A DNA stretch of 64,000 bases from the NCBI GenBank assembly GCA_964016885.1, contig CAXHJY010001692.1:62001-126000 (forward strand), read 5' to 3'. The stretch is from Eledone cirrhosa (lineage: Eukaryota). Made by a program: the position numbers and the translations under genes. Positions 14,436-28,800 of this stretch are shown here, piece after piece; position 1 is the first letter of the stretch; every line of letters starts with the position of its first letter. A model generated the notes under the pieces. The model worked only from the letters and a program-made list of their open reading frames with translations. It was not told the origin of the DNA and ran no database searches.

Positions 14436-17400
14436 CAGAGTCGTTAGAACGTTCAATAGAATGACAGTCGTTAGAACATTCAATAGAATGACAGTCGTTA
14501 GAACGTCTAATAGAATGACAGCCGTTAGAACGTTCAATAGAATGACAGTCGTTAGAACGTCCAATAAAATGACAGAGTCGTTAGAACCTTCAATAGAATG
14601 ACAGTCGTTAGAACGTCCAATAGAATGACAGTCGTTAGAACGTTCAATAGAATGACAGTCGTTAGAACGTCTAATAGAATGACAGTCGTTAGAACGTCCA
14701 ATAGAATGACAGTCGTTAGAACGTTCAATAGAATGACAGTGGTTAGAACGTCCAATAGAATGACAGTCGTTAGAACGTCCAATAGAATGACAGTCGTTAC
14801 TACGTCCAATAGAATGACAGTCGTTAGTACGTCCAATTGAATGACAGTCGTTATAACGTTCAATAGAATGACAGTCGTTAGAACGTCCAATAGAATGACA
14901 GTCGTTAGAACGTTCAATAGAATGACAGTCGTTAGAAGGTCCAATAAAATGACAGTCGGTAGTACGTCCAATAGAATGACAGTCGTTATAACGTTCAATA
15001 GAATGACAGTCGTTAGAACGTCCAATAGAATGACAGTCGTTAGAACGTCCAATAGAATGACAGTCGTTAGTACGTCCAATAGAATGACAGTCGTTAGAAC
15101 GTCCAATAGAATGACAGTCGTTAGAACGTCCAATAGAATGACAGTCGTTAGAACGTACAATAGAATGACAGTCGTTAGAACGTCCAATAGAATGACAGTC
15201 GTTAGAACGTACAATAGAATGACAGTCGTTAGAACGTCCAACAGAATGACAGTCGTTAGAACGTTCAATAGAATGACAGTCATTAGAACGATCAATAGAA
15301 TGACAGTCGTTAGAACGTTCAATAGAATGACAGTCGTTAGAACGTCCAATAGAATGACAGTCGTTAGAACGTCCAATAGAATGACAGTCGTAATAACGTT
15401 CAATAGAATGACAGTCGTTAGAACGTTCAATAGAATGACAGTCGTTAGAACGTCCAATAGAATGACAGTCGTTACTACGTCCAATAGAATGACAGTCGTT
15501 ATAACGTTCAATAGAATGACAGTCGTTATAACGTTCAATAGAATGACAGTCGTTAGAAGGTCCAATAGAATGACAGTCGTTAGAACGTCCAATAGAATGA
15601 CAGTCGTTAGAACGTCCAATAGAATGACAGTCGTTAGAACGTTCAATAGAATGACAGTCGTTAGAACGTCCAATAGAATGACGGTCGTTAGAACGTCCAA
15701 TAGAATGACAGTCGTTAGAACGTCCAATAGAATGACAGTCGTTATAACGTTCAATAGAATGACAGTCGTTAGAAGGTCCAATAGAATGACAGTCGTTAGA
15801 ACGTCCAATAGATTGACAGTCGTTAGAACGTCCAATAGAATGACAGTCGTTAGAACGTTCAATAGAATGACAGTCGTTAGAACGTCCAATAGAATGACAG
15901 TCGTTAGAACGTCCAATAGAATGACAGTCGTTAGAACGTTCAATAGAATGACAGTCGTTAGAAGGTCCAATAGAATGACAGTCGTTAGAACGTCCAATAG
16001 AATGACAGTCGTTAGAAGGTCCAATAGAATGACAGTCGTTAGAAGGTCCAATAGAATGACAGTCGTTAGAACGTCCAATAGAATGACAGTCGTTAGAAGG
16101 TCCAATAGAATGACAGTCGTTAGAACGTCCAATAGAATGACAGTCGTTAGAAGGTCCAACAGAATGACAGTCGTTAGAAGGTCCAATAGAATGACAGTCG
16201 TTAGAACGTCCAATAGAATGACAGTCGTTAGTACGTCCAATAGAATGACAGTTGTTAGAACGTCCAATAGAATGACAGTCGTTAGTACGTCCAATAGAAT
16301 GACTGTCGTTAGAACGTCCAATAGAATGACAGTCGTTAGAACGTCCAATAGAATGACAGTCGTTAGAACGTCCAATAGAATGACAGTCGTTAGAACGTCC
16401 AATAGAATGACAGTCGTTAGAATGTCCAATAGAATGACAGTCGTTAGTACGTCCAATAGAATGACAGTCGTTAGAACGTCCAATAGAATGACAGTCGTTA
16501 GAACGTCCAATAGAATGACAGTCGTTAGAACGTCCAATAGAATGACAGTCGTTAGAACGTCCAATAGAATGACAGTCGTTAGAACGTCCAATAGAATGAC
16601 AGTCGTTAGAACGTTCAATAGAATGACAGTCGTTAGAACGTCCAATAGAATGACAGTCGTTAGTACGTCCAATAGAATGACAGTCGTTAGAACGTCCAAT
16701 AGAATGACTGTCGTTAGAACGTCCAATAGAATGACAGTCGTTAGTACGTCCAATAGAATGACAGTCGTTAGAACGTCCAATAGAATGGCAGTCGTTAGAA
16801 CGTCCAATAGAATGACAGTCGTTAGAATGTCCAATAGAATGACAGTCGTTAGTACGTCCAATAGAATGACAGTCGTTAGAACGTCCAATAGAATGACAGT
16901 CGTTAGAACGTCCAATAGAATGACAGTCGTTAGAACGTCCAATAGAATGACAGTCGTTAGAACGTCCAATAGAATGACAGTCGTTAGTACGTCCAATAGA
17001 ATGACAGTCGTTAGAACGTCCAATAGAATGACAGTCGTTAGAACGTCCAATATAATGACAGTCGTTAGAACGTCCAATAGAATGACAGTCGTTAGAACGT
17101 CCAATAGAATGACAGTCGTTAGAACGTTCAATAGAATGACAGTCGTTAGAACGTTCAATAGAATGACAGTCGTTAGAACGTCCAATAGAATGACAGTCGT
17201 TAGAACGTTCAATAGAATGACAGTCGTTAGAACGTCCAATAGAATGACAGAGTTGTTAGTACGTCCAATAGAATGACAGTCGTTAGAACGTCCAATAGAA
17301 TGACAGTCGTTAGAACGTCCAATAGAATGACAGTCGTTAGTACGTCCAATAGAATGACAGTCGTTAGAACGTCCAATAGAGTGACAGTCGTTAGAACGTT

Positions 17401-17947
17401 CAATAGAATGAGAGTCGTTAGAACGTCCAATAGAATGACAGTCGTTAGAACGTTCAATAGAATGACAGTCGTTAGAACGTCCAATAGAATGACAGTCGTT
17501 AGAACGTCCAATAGAATGACAGTCGTTAGAACGTCCAATAGAATGACAGTCGTTAGAACGTTCAATAGAATGACAGTCGTTAGAACGTCCAATAGAATGA
17601 CAGTCGTTAGAAGGTCCAATAGAATGACAGTCGTTAGAAGGTCCAATAGAATGACAGTGATTAGAACGTTCAATAGAATGACAGTCGTTAGAACGTTCAA
17701 TAGAATGACAGTCGTTAGAACGTCCAATAGAATGACAGTCTTTAGAACGTCCAATAGAATGACAGTCGTTAGAACGTCCAATAGAATGACAGTCGTTAGA
17801 ACGTTCAATAGAATGACAGTCGTTAGAACGTCCACTAGAATGACATTCGTTAGAAGGTCCAATAGAATGACAGTCGTTAGAACGTTCAATAGAATTACAG
17901 TCGTTAGAACGTTCAATAGAATGACAGTTGTTAGAACGTCCAATAGA
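14403..17947. repeat. Higher-order block B, copy 1 (3,545 bp)
   Basis: Begins with the triple 29-bp cassette carrying GCC and AATAAA variants (14403-14597) and has a single 29-bp monomer at 17244. Variant order largely matches the blocks at 25811 and 29518. Confidence 0.85.
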
Positions 17948-20900
17948 ATGACAGAGTCGTTAGAACGTTCAATAGAATGACAGAGTCGTTAGAACGTTCA
18001 ATAGAATGACAGTCGTTAGAACATTCAATAGAATGACAGTCGTTAGAACGTCTAATAGAATGACAGTCGTTAGAACGTTCAATAGAATGACAGTCGTTAG
18101 AACGTCCAATAGAATGACAGAGTCGTTAGAACATTCAATAGAATGACAGTCGTTAGAACGTGCAATAGAATGACAGTCGTTAGAACGTCTAATAGAATGA
18201 CAGTCGTTAGAACGTCCAATAGAATGACAGTCGTTAGAACGTTCAATAGAATGACAGTGGTTAGAACGTCCAATAGAATGACAGTCGTTAGAACCTCCAA
18301 TAGAATGACAGTCGTTAGAAGGTCCAATAGAATGACAGTCGTTAGTACGTCCAATAGAATGACAGTCGTTATAACGTTCAATAGAATGACAGTCGTTAGA
18401 ACGTCCAATAGAATGACAGTGGTTAGAACGTCCAATAGAATGACATTCGTTAGAAGGTCCAATAAAATGACAGTCGGTAGTACGTCCAATAGAATGACAG
18501 TCGTTATAACGTTCAATAGAATGACAGTCGTTAGAACGTCCAATAGAATGACAGTCGTTAGAACGTCAAATAGAATGACAGTCGTTAGAACGTCCAATAG
18601 AATGACAGTCGTTAGCACGTTCAATAGAATGACAGTCGTTAGAACGTCCAATAGAATGACAGTCGTTAGAACGTTCAATAGAATGACAGTCGTTAGAACG
18701 TCCAGTAGAATGACATTCGTTAGAAGGTCCAATAAAATGACAGTCGGTAGTACGTCCAATAGAATGACAGTCGTTATAACGTTCAATAGAATGACAGTCG
18801 TTAGAACGTCCAATAGAATGACAGTCGTTAGAACGTCCAATAGAATGACAGACGTTAGTACGTCCAATAGAATGACAGTCGTTAGAACGTCCAATAGAAT
18901 GACAGTCGTTAGAACGTCCAATAGAATGACAGTCGTTAGAACGTACAATAGAATGACAGTCGTTAGAACGTCCAATAGAATGACAGTCGTTAGAACGTAC
19001 AATAGAATGACAGTCGTTAGAACGTCCAATAGAATGACAGTCGTTAGAACGTTCAATAGAATGACAGTCGTTAGAACGTCCAATAGAATGACAGTCGTTA
19101 GAACGTTCAATAGAATGACAGTCGTAATAACGTTCAATAGAATGACAGTCGTTAGAACGTCCAATAGAATGACAGTCGTTAGAACGTTCAACAGAATGAC
19201 AGTCGTTAGAACGTCCAATAGAATGACAGTCGTTACTACGTCCAATAGAATGACAGTCGTTAGAACGTCCAATAGAATGACAGTCGTTATAACGTTCAAT
19301 AGAATGACAGTCGTTAGAAGGTCCAATAGAATGACAGTCGTTAGAACGTCCAATAGAATGACAGTCGTTAGAACGTCCAAAAGAATGACAGTCGTTAGAA
19401 CGTGCAATAGAATGACAGTCGTTAGAACGTTCAATAGAATGACAGTCGTTAGAACGTCCAATAGAATGACGGTCGTTAGAACGTCCAATAGAATGACAGT
19501 CGTTAGAACGTCCAATAGAATGACAGTCGTTATAACGTTCAATAGAATGAGAGTCGTTAGAAGGTCCAATAGAATGACAGTCGTTAGAAGGTCCAATAGA
19601 ATGACAGTCGTTAGAACGTCCAATAGAATGACAGTCGTTAGAACGTCCAATCGAATGACAGTCGTTAGAACGTTCAATAGAATGACAGTCGTTAGAACGT
19701 CCAATAGAATGACAGTCGTTATAACGTTCAATAGAATGACACTCGTTAGAAGGTTCAATACAATAACAGTCGTTAGAACGTCCAATAGAATGACAGTCGT
19801 TAGAACGTTCAATAGAATGACAGTCGTTAGAAGGTCCAATAGAATGACAGTCGTTAGAACGTCCAATAGAATGACAGTCGTTAGAAGGTCCAATAGAATG
19901 ACAGTCGTTAGAACGTCCAATAGAATGACAGTCGTTAGAAGGTCCAATAGAATGACAGTCGTTAGAAGGTCCAATAGAATGACAGTCGTTAGAAGGTCCA
20001 ATAGAATGACAGTCGTTAGAACGTCCAATAGAATGACAGTCGTTAGAACGTCCAATAGAATGACAGTCGTTAGAACGTGCAATAGAATGACAGTCGTTAG
20101 AACGTTCAATAGAATGACAGTCGTTAGAACGTCCAATAGAATGACAGTCGTTAGAACGTCCAATAGAATGACAGTCGTTAGAACGTGCAATAGAATGACA
20201 GTCGTTAGAACGTCCAATAGAATGACGGTCGTTAGAACGTCCAATAGAATGACAGTCGTTAGAAGGTCCAATAGAATGACAGTCGTTAGAACGTCCAATA
20301 GAATGACAGTCGTTAGAACGTCCAATAGAATGACAGTCGTTAGAACGTGCAATAGAATGACAGTCGTTAGAACGTCCAATAGAATGACGGTCGTTAGAAC
20401 GTCCAATAGAATGACAGTCGTTAGAACGTCCAATAGAATGACAGTCGTTATAACGTTCAATAGAATGACAGTCGTTAGAAGGTCCAATAGAATGACAGTC
20501 GTTAGAAGGTCCAATAGAATGACAGTCGTTAGAACGTCCAATAGAATGACAGTCGTTAGAACGTCCAATAGAATGACAGTCGTTAGAACGTTCAATAGAA
20601 TGACAGTCGTTAGAAGGTCCAATAGAATGACAGTCGTTAGAACGTCCAATAGAATGACAGTCGTTAGAAGGTCCAATAGAATGACAGTCGTTAGAACGTC
20701 CAATAGAATGACAGTCGTTAGAAGGTCCAATAGAATGACAGTCGTTAGAACGTTCAATAGAATGACAGTCGTTAGAACGTCCAATAGAATGACAGTCGTT
20801 AGAACGTCCAATAGAATGACAGTCGTTAGAACGTTCAATAGAATGACAGTCGTTAGTACGTCCAATAGAATGACAGTCGTTAGAACGTCCAATAGAATGA

Positions 20901-23900
20901 CAGTCGTTAGAACGTTCAATAGAATGACAGTCGTTAGAACGTCCAATAGAATGACAGTCGTTAGAACGTCCAATAGAATGACAGTCGTTAGAACGTCCAA
21001 TAGAATGACAGTCGTTAGAAGGTCCAATAGAATGACAGTCGTTAGAACGTTCAATAGAATGACAGTCGTTAGAAGGTCCAATAGAATGACAGTCGTTAGA
21101 ACGTCCAATAGAATGACAGTCGTTAGAAGGTCCAATAGAATGACAGTCTTTAGAACGTCCAATAGAATGACAGTCGTTAGAACGTTCAATAGAATGACAG
21201 TCGTTAGAAGGTCCAATAGAATGACAGTCGTTAGAAGGTCCAATAGAATGACAGTCGTTAGAACGTCCAATAGAATGACAGTCGTTAGAACGTCCAATAG
21301 AATGACAGTCGTTAGAACGTCCAATAGAATGACAGTCGTTAGAACGTTCAATAGAATGACAGTCGTTAGAACGTCCAATAGAATGACAGTCGTTAGAACG
21401 TTCAATAGAATGACAGTCGTTAGAACGTCCAATAGAATGACAGTCGTTAGAACGTTCAATAGAATGACAGTCGTTAGAACGTCCAATAGAATGACAGTCG
21501 TTAGAACGTTCAATAGAATGACAGTCGTTAGAAGGTCCAATAGAATGACAGTCGTTAGAAGGTCCAATAGAATGACAGTCTTTAGAACGTCCAATAGAAT
21601 GACAGTCGTTAGAACGTCCAATAGAATGACAGTCGTTAGAACGTTCAATAGAATGACAGTCGTTAGAACGTCCAATAGAATGACAGTCGTTATAACGTTC
21701 AATAGAATGACACTCGTTAGAAGGTTCAATACAATAACAGTCGTTAGAACGTCCAATAGAATGACAGTCGTTAGAACGTTCAATAGAATGACAGTCGTTA
21801 GAAGGTCCAATAGAATGACAGTCGTTAGAACGTCCAATAGAATGACAGTCGTTAGAAGGTCCAATAGAATGACAGTCGTTAGAACGTCCAATAGAATGAC
21901 AGTCGTTAGAACGTCCAATAGAATGACAGTCGTTAGTACGTCCAATAGAATGACAGTCGTTAGAACGTCCAATAGAATGACAGTCGTTAGAACGTCCAAT
22001 AGAATGACAGTCGTTAGAAGGTCCAATAGAATGACAGTCGTTAGAACGTCCAATAGAATGACAGTCGTTAGAAGGTCCAATAGAATGACAGTCGTTAGTA
22101 CGTCCAATAGAATGACTGTCGTTAGAACGTCCAATAGAATGACAGTCGTTAGTACGTCCAATAGAATGACAGTGGTTAGAACGTTCAATAGAATGACAGT
22201 CGTTAGAATGTCCAATAGAATGACAGTCGTTAGTACGTCCAATAGAATGACAGTCGTTAGAACGTCCAATAGAATGACAGTCGTTAGAACGTCCAATAGA
22301 ATGACAGTCGTTAGAACGTCCAATAGAATGACAGTCGTTAGAACGTCCAATAGAATGACAGTCGTTAGTACGTCCAATAGAATGACAGTCGTTAGAACGT
22401 CCAATAGAATGACAGTCGTTAGAACGTCCAATAGAATGACAGTCGTTAGAACGTACAATAGAATGACAGTTGTTAGAACGTCCAATAGAATTACAGTCGT
22501 TAGAACGTACAATAGAATGACAGTCGTTAGAACGTCCAATAGAATGACAGTCGTTAGAACGTTCAATAGAATGACAGTCGTTAGAACGATCAATAGAATG
22601 ACAGTCGTTAGAACGTTCAATAGAATGACAGTCATTAGAACGTCCAATAGAATGACAGTCGTTAGAACGTTCAATAGAATGACAGTCGTAATAACGTTCA
22701 ATAGAATGACAGTCGTTAGAACGTCCAATAGAATGACAGTCGTTAGAACGTTCAATAGAATGACAGTCGTTAGAACGTCCAATAGAATGACAGTCGTTAC
22801 TACGTCCAATAGAATGACAGTCGTTAGAACGTCCAATAGAATGACAGTCGTTATAACGTTCAATAGAATGACAGTCGTTAGAAGGTCCAATAGAATGACA
22901 GTCGTTAGAACGTCCAATAGAATGACAGTCGTTAGAACGTCCAATAGAATGACAGTCGTTATAACGTTCAATAGAATGACAGTCGTTAGAAGGTCCAATA
23001 GAATGACAGTCGTTAGAACGTCCAATAGAATGACAGTCGTTAGAACGTCCAATAGAATGACAGTCGTTAGAACGTTCAATAGAATGACAGTCGTTAGAAC
23101 TTTCAATAGAATGACAGTCTTTAGAACGTCCAATAGAATGACAGTCGTTAGAACGTCCATTAGAATGACAGTCGTTAGAACGTCCAATAGAATGACATTC
23201 GTTAGAACGTTCAATAGAATGACAGTCGTTAGAAGGTCCAATAGAATGACAGTCGTTAGAAGGTCCAATAGAATGACAGTCGTTAGGACGTCCAATAGAA
23301 TGACAGTCGTTAGAACGTCCAAAGGAATGACAGTCGTTAGAACGTTCAATAGAATGACAGTCGTTAGAACGTCCAATAGAATGACAGTCGTTATAACGTT
23401 CAATAGAATGACACTCGTTAGAAGGTTCAATACAATAACAGTCGTTAGAACGTCCAATAGAATGACAGTCGTTAGAACGTTCAATAGAATGACAGTCGTT
23501 AGAAGGTCCAATAGAATGACAGTCGTTAGAACGTCCAATAGAATGACAGTCGTTAGAACGTCCAATAGAATGACAGTCGTTAGAACGTCCAATAGAATGA
23601 CAGTCGTTAGAAGGTCCAATAGAATGACAGTCGTTAGAACGTCCAATAGAATGACAGTCGTTAGAAGGTCCAATAGAATGACAGTCGTTAGAACGTCCAA
23701 TAGAATGACAGTCGTTAGTACGTCCAATAGAATGACAGTCGTTAGAAGGTCCAATAGAATGACAGTCGTTAGAACGTCCAATAGAATGACAGTCGTTAGA
23801 ACGTCCAATAGAATGACAGTCGTTAGAAGGTCCAATAGAATGACAGTCGTTAGAAGGTCCAATAGAATGACAGTCGTTAGAACGTCCAATAGAATGACAG

Positions 23901-25810
23901 TCGTAAGAAGGTCCAATAGAATGACAGTCGTTATAACGTCCAATAGAATGACAGTTGTTAGAAGGTCCAACAGAATGACAGTCGTTAGAAGGTCCAATAG
24001 AATGACAGTCGTTAGAACGTCCAATAGAATGACAGTCGTTAGAACGTCCAATAGAATGACAGTCGTTAGAACGTCCAATAGAATGACAGTCGTTAGAAGG
24101 TCCAATAGAATGACAGTCGTTAGAACGTCCAATAGAATGACAGTCGTTAGAACGTCCAATAGAATGACAGTCGTTAGAACGTCCAATAGAATGACAGTCG
24201 TTAGAAGGTCCAATAGAATGACAGTCGTTAGAACGTCCAATAGAATGACAGTCGTTAGAACGTCCAATAGAATGACAGTCGTTAGAAGGTCCAATAGAAT
24301 GACAGTCGTTAGAAGGTCCAATAGAATGACAGTCGTTAGAACGTCCAATAGAATGACAGTCGTAAGAAGGTCCAATAGAATGACAGTCGTTATAACGTCC
24401 AATAGAATGACAGTTGTTAGAAGGTCCAACAGAATGACAGTCGTTAGAAGGTCCAATAGAATGACAGTCGTTAGAACGTCCAATAGAATGACAGTCGTTA
24501 GTACGTCCAATAGAATGACAGTTGTTAGAACGTCCAATAGAATGACAGTCGTTAGTACGTCCAATAGAATGACTGTCGTTAGAACGTCCAATAGAATGAC
24601 AGTCGTTAGAACGTCCAATAGAATGACAGTCGTTAGAACGTCCAATAGAATGACAGTCGTTAGAACGTCCAATAGAATGACAGTCGTTAGAATGTCCAAT
24701 AGAATGACAGTCGTTAGTACGTCCAATAGAATGACAGTCGTTAGAACGTCCAATAGAATGACAGTCGTTAGAACGTCCAATAGAATGACAGTCGTTAGAA
24801 CGTCCAATAGAATGACAGTCGTTAGAACGTCCAATAGAATGACAGTCGTTAGAACGTCCAATAGAATGACAGTCGTTAGAACGTCCAATAGAATGACAGT
24901 CGTTAGAACGTTCAATAGAATGACAGTCGTTAGAACGTCCAATAGAATGACAGTCGTTAGTACGTCCAATAGAATGACAGTCGTTAGAACGTCCAATAGA
25001 ATGACTGTCGTTAGAACGTCCAATAGAATGACAGTCGTTAGTACGTCCAATAGAATGACAGTCGTTAGAACGTCCAATAGAATGACAGTCGTTAGAACGT
25101 CCAATAGAATGACAGTCGTTAGAACGTCCAATAGAATGACAGTCGTTAGAACGTCCAATAGAATGACAGTCGTTAGAATGTCCAATAGAATGACAGTCGT
25201 TAGTACGTCCAATAGAATGACAGTCGTTAGAACGTCCAATAGAATGACAGTCGTTAGAACGTCCAATAGAATGACAGTCGTTAGTACGTCCAATAGAATG
25301 ACAGTCGTTAGAACGTCCAATAGAGTGACAGTCGTTAGAACGTTCAATAGAATGAGAGTCGTTAGAACGTCCAATAGAATGACAGTCGTTAGAACGTTCA
25401 ATAGAATGACAGTCGTTAGAACGTCCAATAGAATGACAGTCGTTAGAACGTCCAATAGAATGACAGTCGTTAGAACGTCCAATAGAATGACAGTCGTTAG
25501 AACGTTCAATAGAATGACAGTCGTTAGAACGTCCAATAGAATGACAGTCGTTAGAAGGTCCAATAGAATGACAGTCGTTAGAAGGTCCAATAGAATGACA
25601 GTGGTTAGAACGTTCAATAGAATGACAGTCGTTAGAACGTCCAATAGAATGACAGTCGTTAGAACGTCCAATAGAATGACAGTCGTTAGAACGTCCAATA
25701 GAATGACAGTCGTTAGAACGTCCAATAGAATGACAGTCGTTAGAACGTTCAATAGAATTACAGTCGTTAGAACGTTCAATAGAATGACAGTTGTTAGAAC
25801 GTCCAATAGA
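17948..25810. repeat. Higher-order block A (7,863 bp)
   Basis: Begins with the triple 29-bp cassette lacking GCC/AATAAA, followed by acgtgc, acctcc, gtcaaat, agcacgttc and gacagacg markers, as at 33009. Its 3' part (~22430-25810) matches ~11570-14402 (tccatt, aggacg and ccaaagga markers). Confidence 0.8.
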
Positions 25811-28800
25811 ATGACAGAGTCGTTAGAACGTTCAATAGAATGACAGAGTCGTTAGAACGTTCAATAGAATGACAGTCGTTAGAACATTCAATAGAATGAC
25901 AGTCGTTAGAACGTCTAATAGAATGACAGCCGTTAGAACGTTCAATAGAATGACAGTCGTTAGAACGTCCAATAAAATGACAGAGTCGTTAGAACATTCA
26001 ATAGAATAACAGTCGTTAGAACGTCCAATAGAATGACAGTCGTTAGAACGTTCAATAGAATGACAGTCGTTAGAACGTCTAATAGAATGACAGTCGTTAG
26101 AACGTCCAATAGAATGACAGTCGTTAGAACGTTCAATAGAATGACAGTGGTTAGAATGTCCAATAGAATGACAGTCGTTAGAACGTCCAATAGAATGACA
26201 GTCGTTACTACGTCCAATAGAATGACAGTCGTTAGTACGTCCAATAGAATGACAGTCGTTATAACGTTCAATAGAATGACAGTCGTTAGAACGTCCAATA
26301 GAATGACAGTCGTTAGAACGTTCAATAGAGTGACAGTCGTTAGAAGGTCCAATAAAATGACAGTCGGTAGTACGTCCAATAGAATGACAGTCGTTATAAC
26401 GTTCAATAGAATGACAGTCGTTAGAACGTCCAATAGAATGACAGTCGTTAGAACGTCCAATAGAATGACAGTCGTTAGTACGTCCAATAGAATGACAGTC
26501 GTTAGAACGTCCAATAGAATGACAGTCGTTAGAACGTCCAATAGAATGACAGTCGTTAGAACGTACAATAGAATGACAGTCGTTAGAACGTCCAATAGAA
26601 TGACAGTCGTTAGAACGTACAATAGAATGACAGTCGTTAGAACGTCCAATAGAATGACAGTCGTTAGAACGTTCAATAGAATGACAGTCGTTAGAACGAT
26701 CAATAGAATGACAGTCGTTAGAACGTTCAATAGAATGACAGTCGTTAGAACGTCCAATAGAATGACAGTCGTTAGAACGTCCAATAGAATGACAGTCGTA
26801 ATAACGTTCAATAGAATGACAGTCGTTAGAACGTTCAATAGAATGACAGTCGTTAGAACGTCCAATAGAATGACAGTCGTTACTACGTCCAATAGAATGA
26901 CAGTCGTTAGAACGTCCAATAGAATGACAGCCGTTATAACGTTCAATAGAATGACAGTCGTTAGAAGGTCCAATAGAATGACAGTCGTTAGAACGTCCAA
27001 TAGATTGACAGTCGTTAGAACGTCCAATAGAATGACAGTCGTTAGAACGTTCAATAGAATGACAGTCGTTAGAACGTACAATAGAATGACAGTCGTTAGA
27101 ACGTCCAATAGAATGACAGTCGTTAGAACGTTCAATAGAATGACAGTCGTTAGAAGGTCCAATAGAATGACAGTCGTTAGAACGTACAATAGAATGACAG
27201 TCGTTAGAACGTCCAATAGAATGACAGTCGTTAGAACGTCCAATAGAATGACAGTCGTTAGAACGTCCAATAGAATGACAGTCGTTAGTACGTCCAATAG
27301 AATGACAGTCGTTAGAACGTCCAATAGAATGACAGTCGTTAGAAGGTCCAATAGAATGACAGTCGTTAGAAGGTCCAATAGAATGACAGTCGTTAGAAGG
27401 TCCAATAGAATGACAGTCGTTAGAACATCCAATAGAATGATAGTCGTTAGAAGGTCCAATAGAATGACAGTCGTTAGAACGTCCAATAGAATGACAGTCG
27501 TTAGAAGGTCCAACAGAATGACAGTCGTTAGAAGGTCCAATAGAATGACAGTCGTTAGAACGTCCAATAGAATGACAGTCGTTAGTACGTCCAATAGAAT
27601 GACAGTTGTTAGAACGTCCAATAGAATGACAGTCGTTAGTACGTCCAATAGAATGACTGTCGTTAGAACGTCCAATAGAATGACAGTCGTTAGAACGTCC
27701 AATAGAATGACAGTCGTTAGAACGTCCAATAGAATGACAGTCGTTAGAACGTCCAATAGAATGACAGTCGTTAGTACGTCCAATAGAATGACAGTCGTTA
27801 GAACGTCCAATAGAATGACAGTCGTTAGAACGTCCAATAGAATGACAGTCGTTAGAACGTCCAATAGAATGACAGTCGTTAGAACGTCCAATAGAATGAC
27901 AGTCGTTAGAACGTCCAATAGAATGACAGTCGTTAGAACGTCCAATAGAATGACAGTCGTTAGAACGTTCAATAGAATGACAGTCGTTAGAACGTCCAAT
28001 AGAATGACAGTCGTTAGTACGTCCAATAGAATGACAGTCGTTAGAACGTCCAATAGAATGACTGTCGTTAGAACGTCCAATAGAATGACAGTCGTTAGTA
28101 CGTCCAATAGAATGACAGTCGTTAGAACGTCCAATAGAATGGCAGTCGTTAGAACGTCCAATAGAATGACAGTCGTTAGAATGTCCAATAGAATGACAGT
28201 CGTTAGTACGTCCAATAGAATGACAGTCGTTAGAACGTCCAATAGAATGACAGTCGTTAGAACGTCCAATAGAATGACAGTCGTTAGAACGTCCAATAGA
28301 ATGACAGTCGTTAGAACGTCCAATAGAATGACAGTCGTTAGTACGTCCAATAGAATGACAGTCGTTAGAACGTCCAATAGAATGACAGTCGTTAGAACGT
28401 CCAATATAATGACAGTCGTTAGAACGTCCAATAGAATGACAGTCGTTAGAACGTCCAATAGAATGACAGTCGTTAGAACGTTCAATAGAATGACAGTCGT
28501 TAGAACGTCCAATAGAATGACAGTCGTTAGAACGTTCAATAGAATGACAGTCGTTAGAACGTCCAATAGAATGACAGAGTCGTTAGTACGTCCAATAGAA
28601 TGACAGTCGTTAGAACGTCCAATAGAATGACAGTCGTTAGAACGTCCAATAGAATGACAGTCGTTAGTACGTCCAATAGAATGACAGTCGTTAGAACGTC
28701 CAATAGAGTGACAGTCGTTAGAACGTTCAATAGAATGAGAGTCGTTAGAACGTCCAATAGAATGACAGTCGTTAGAACGTTCAATAGAATGACAGTCGTT

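Noticed and set aside
14563-14568. AATAAA polyadenylation-like hexamers in G26A monomers
   Set aside because: They are a single substitution from the consensus AATAGA, spread by duplication, with no gene context.
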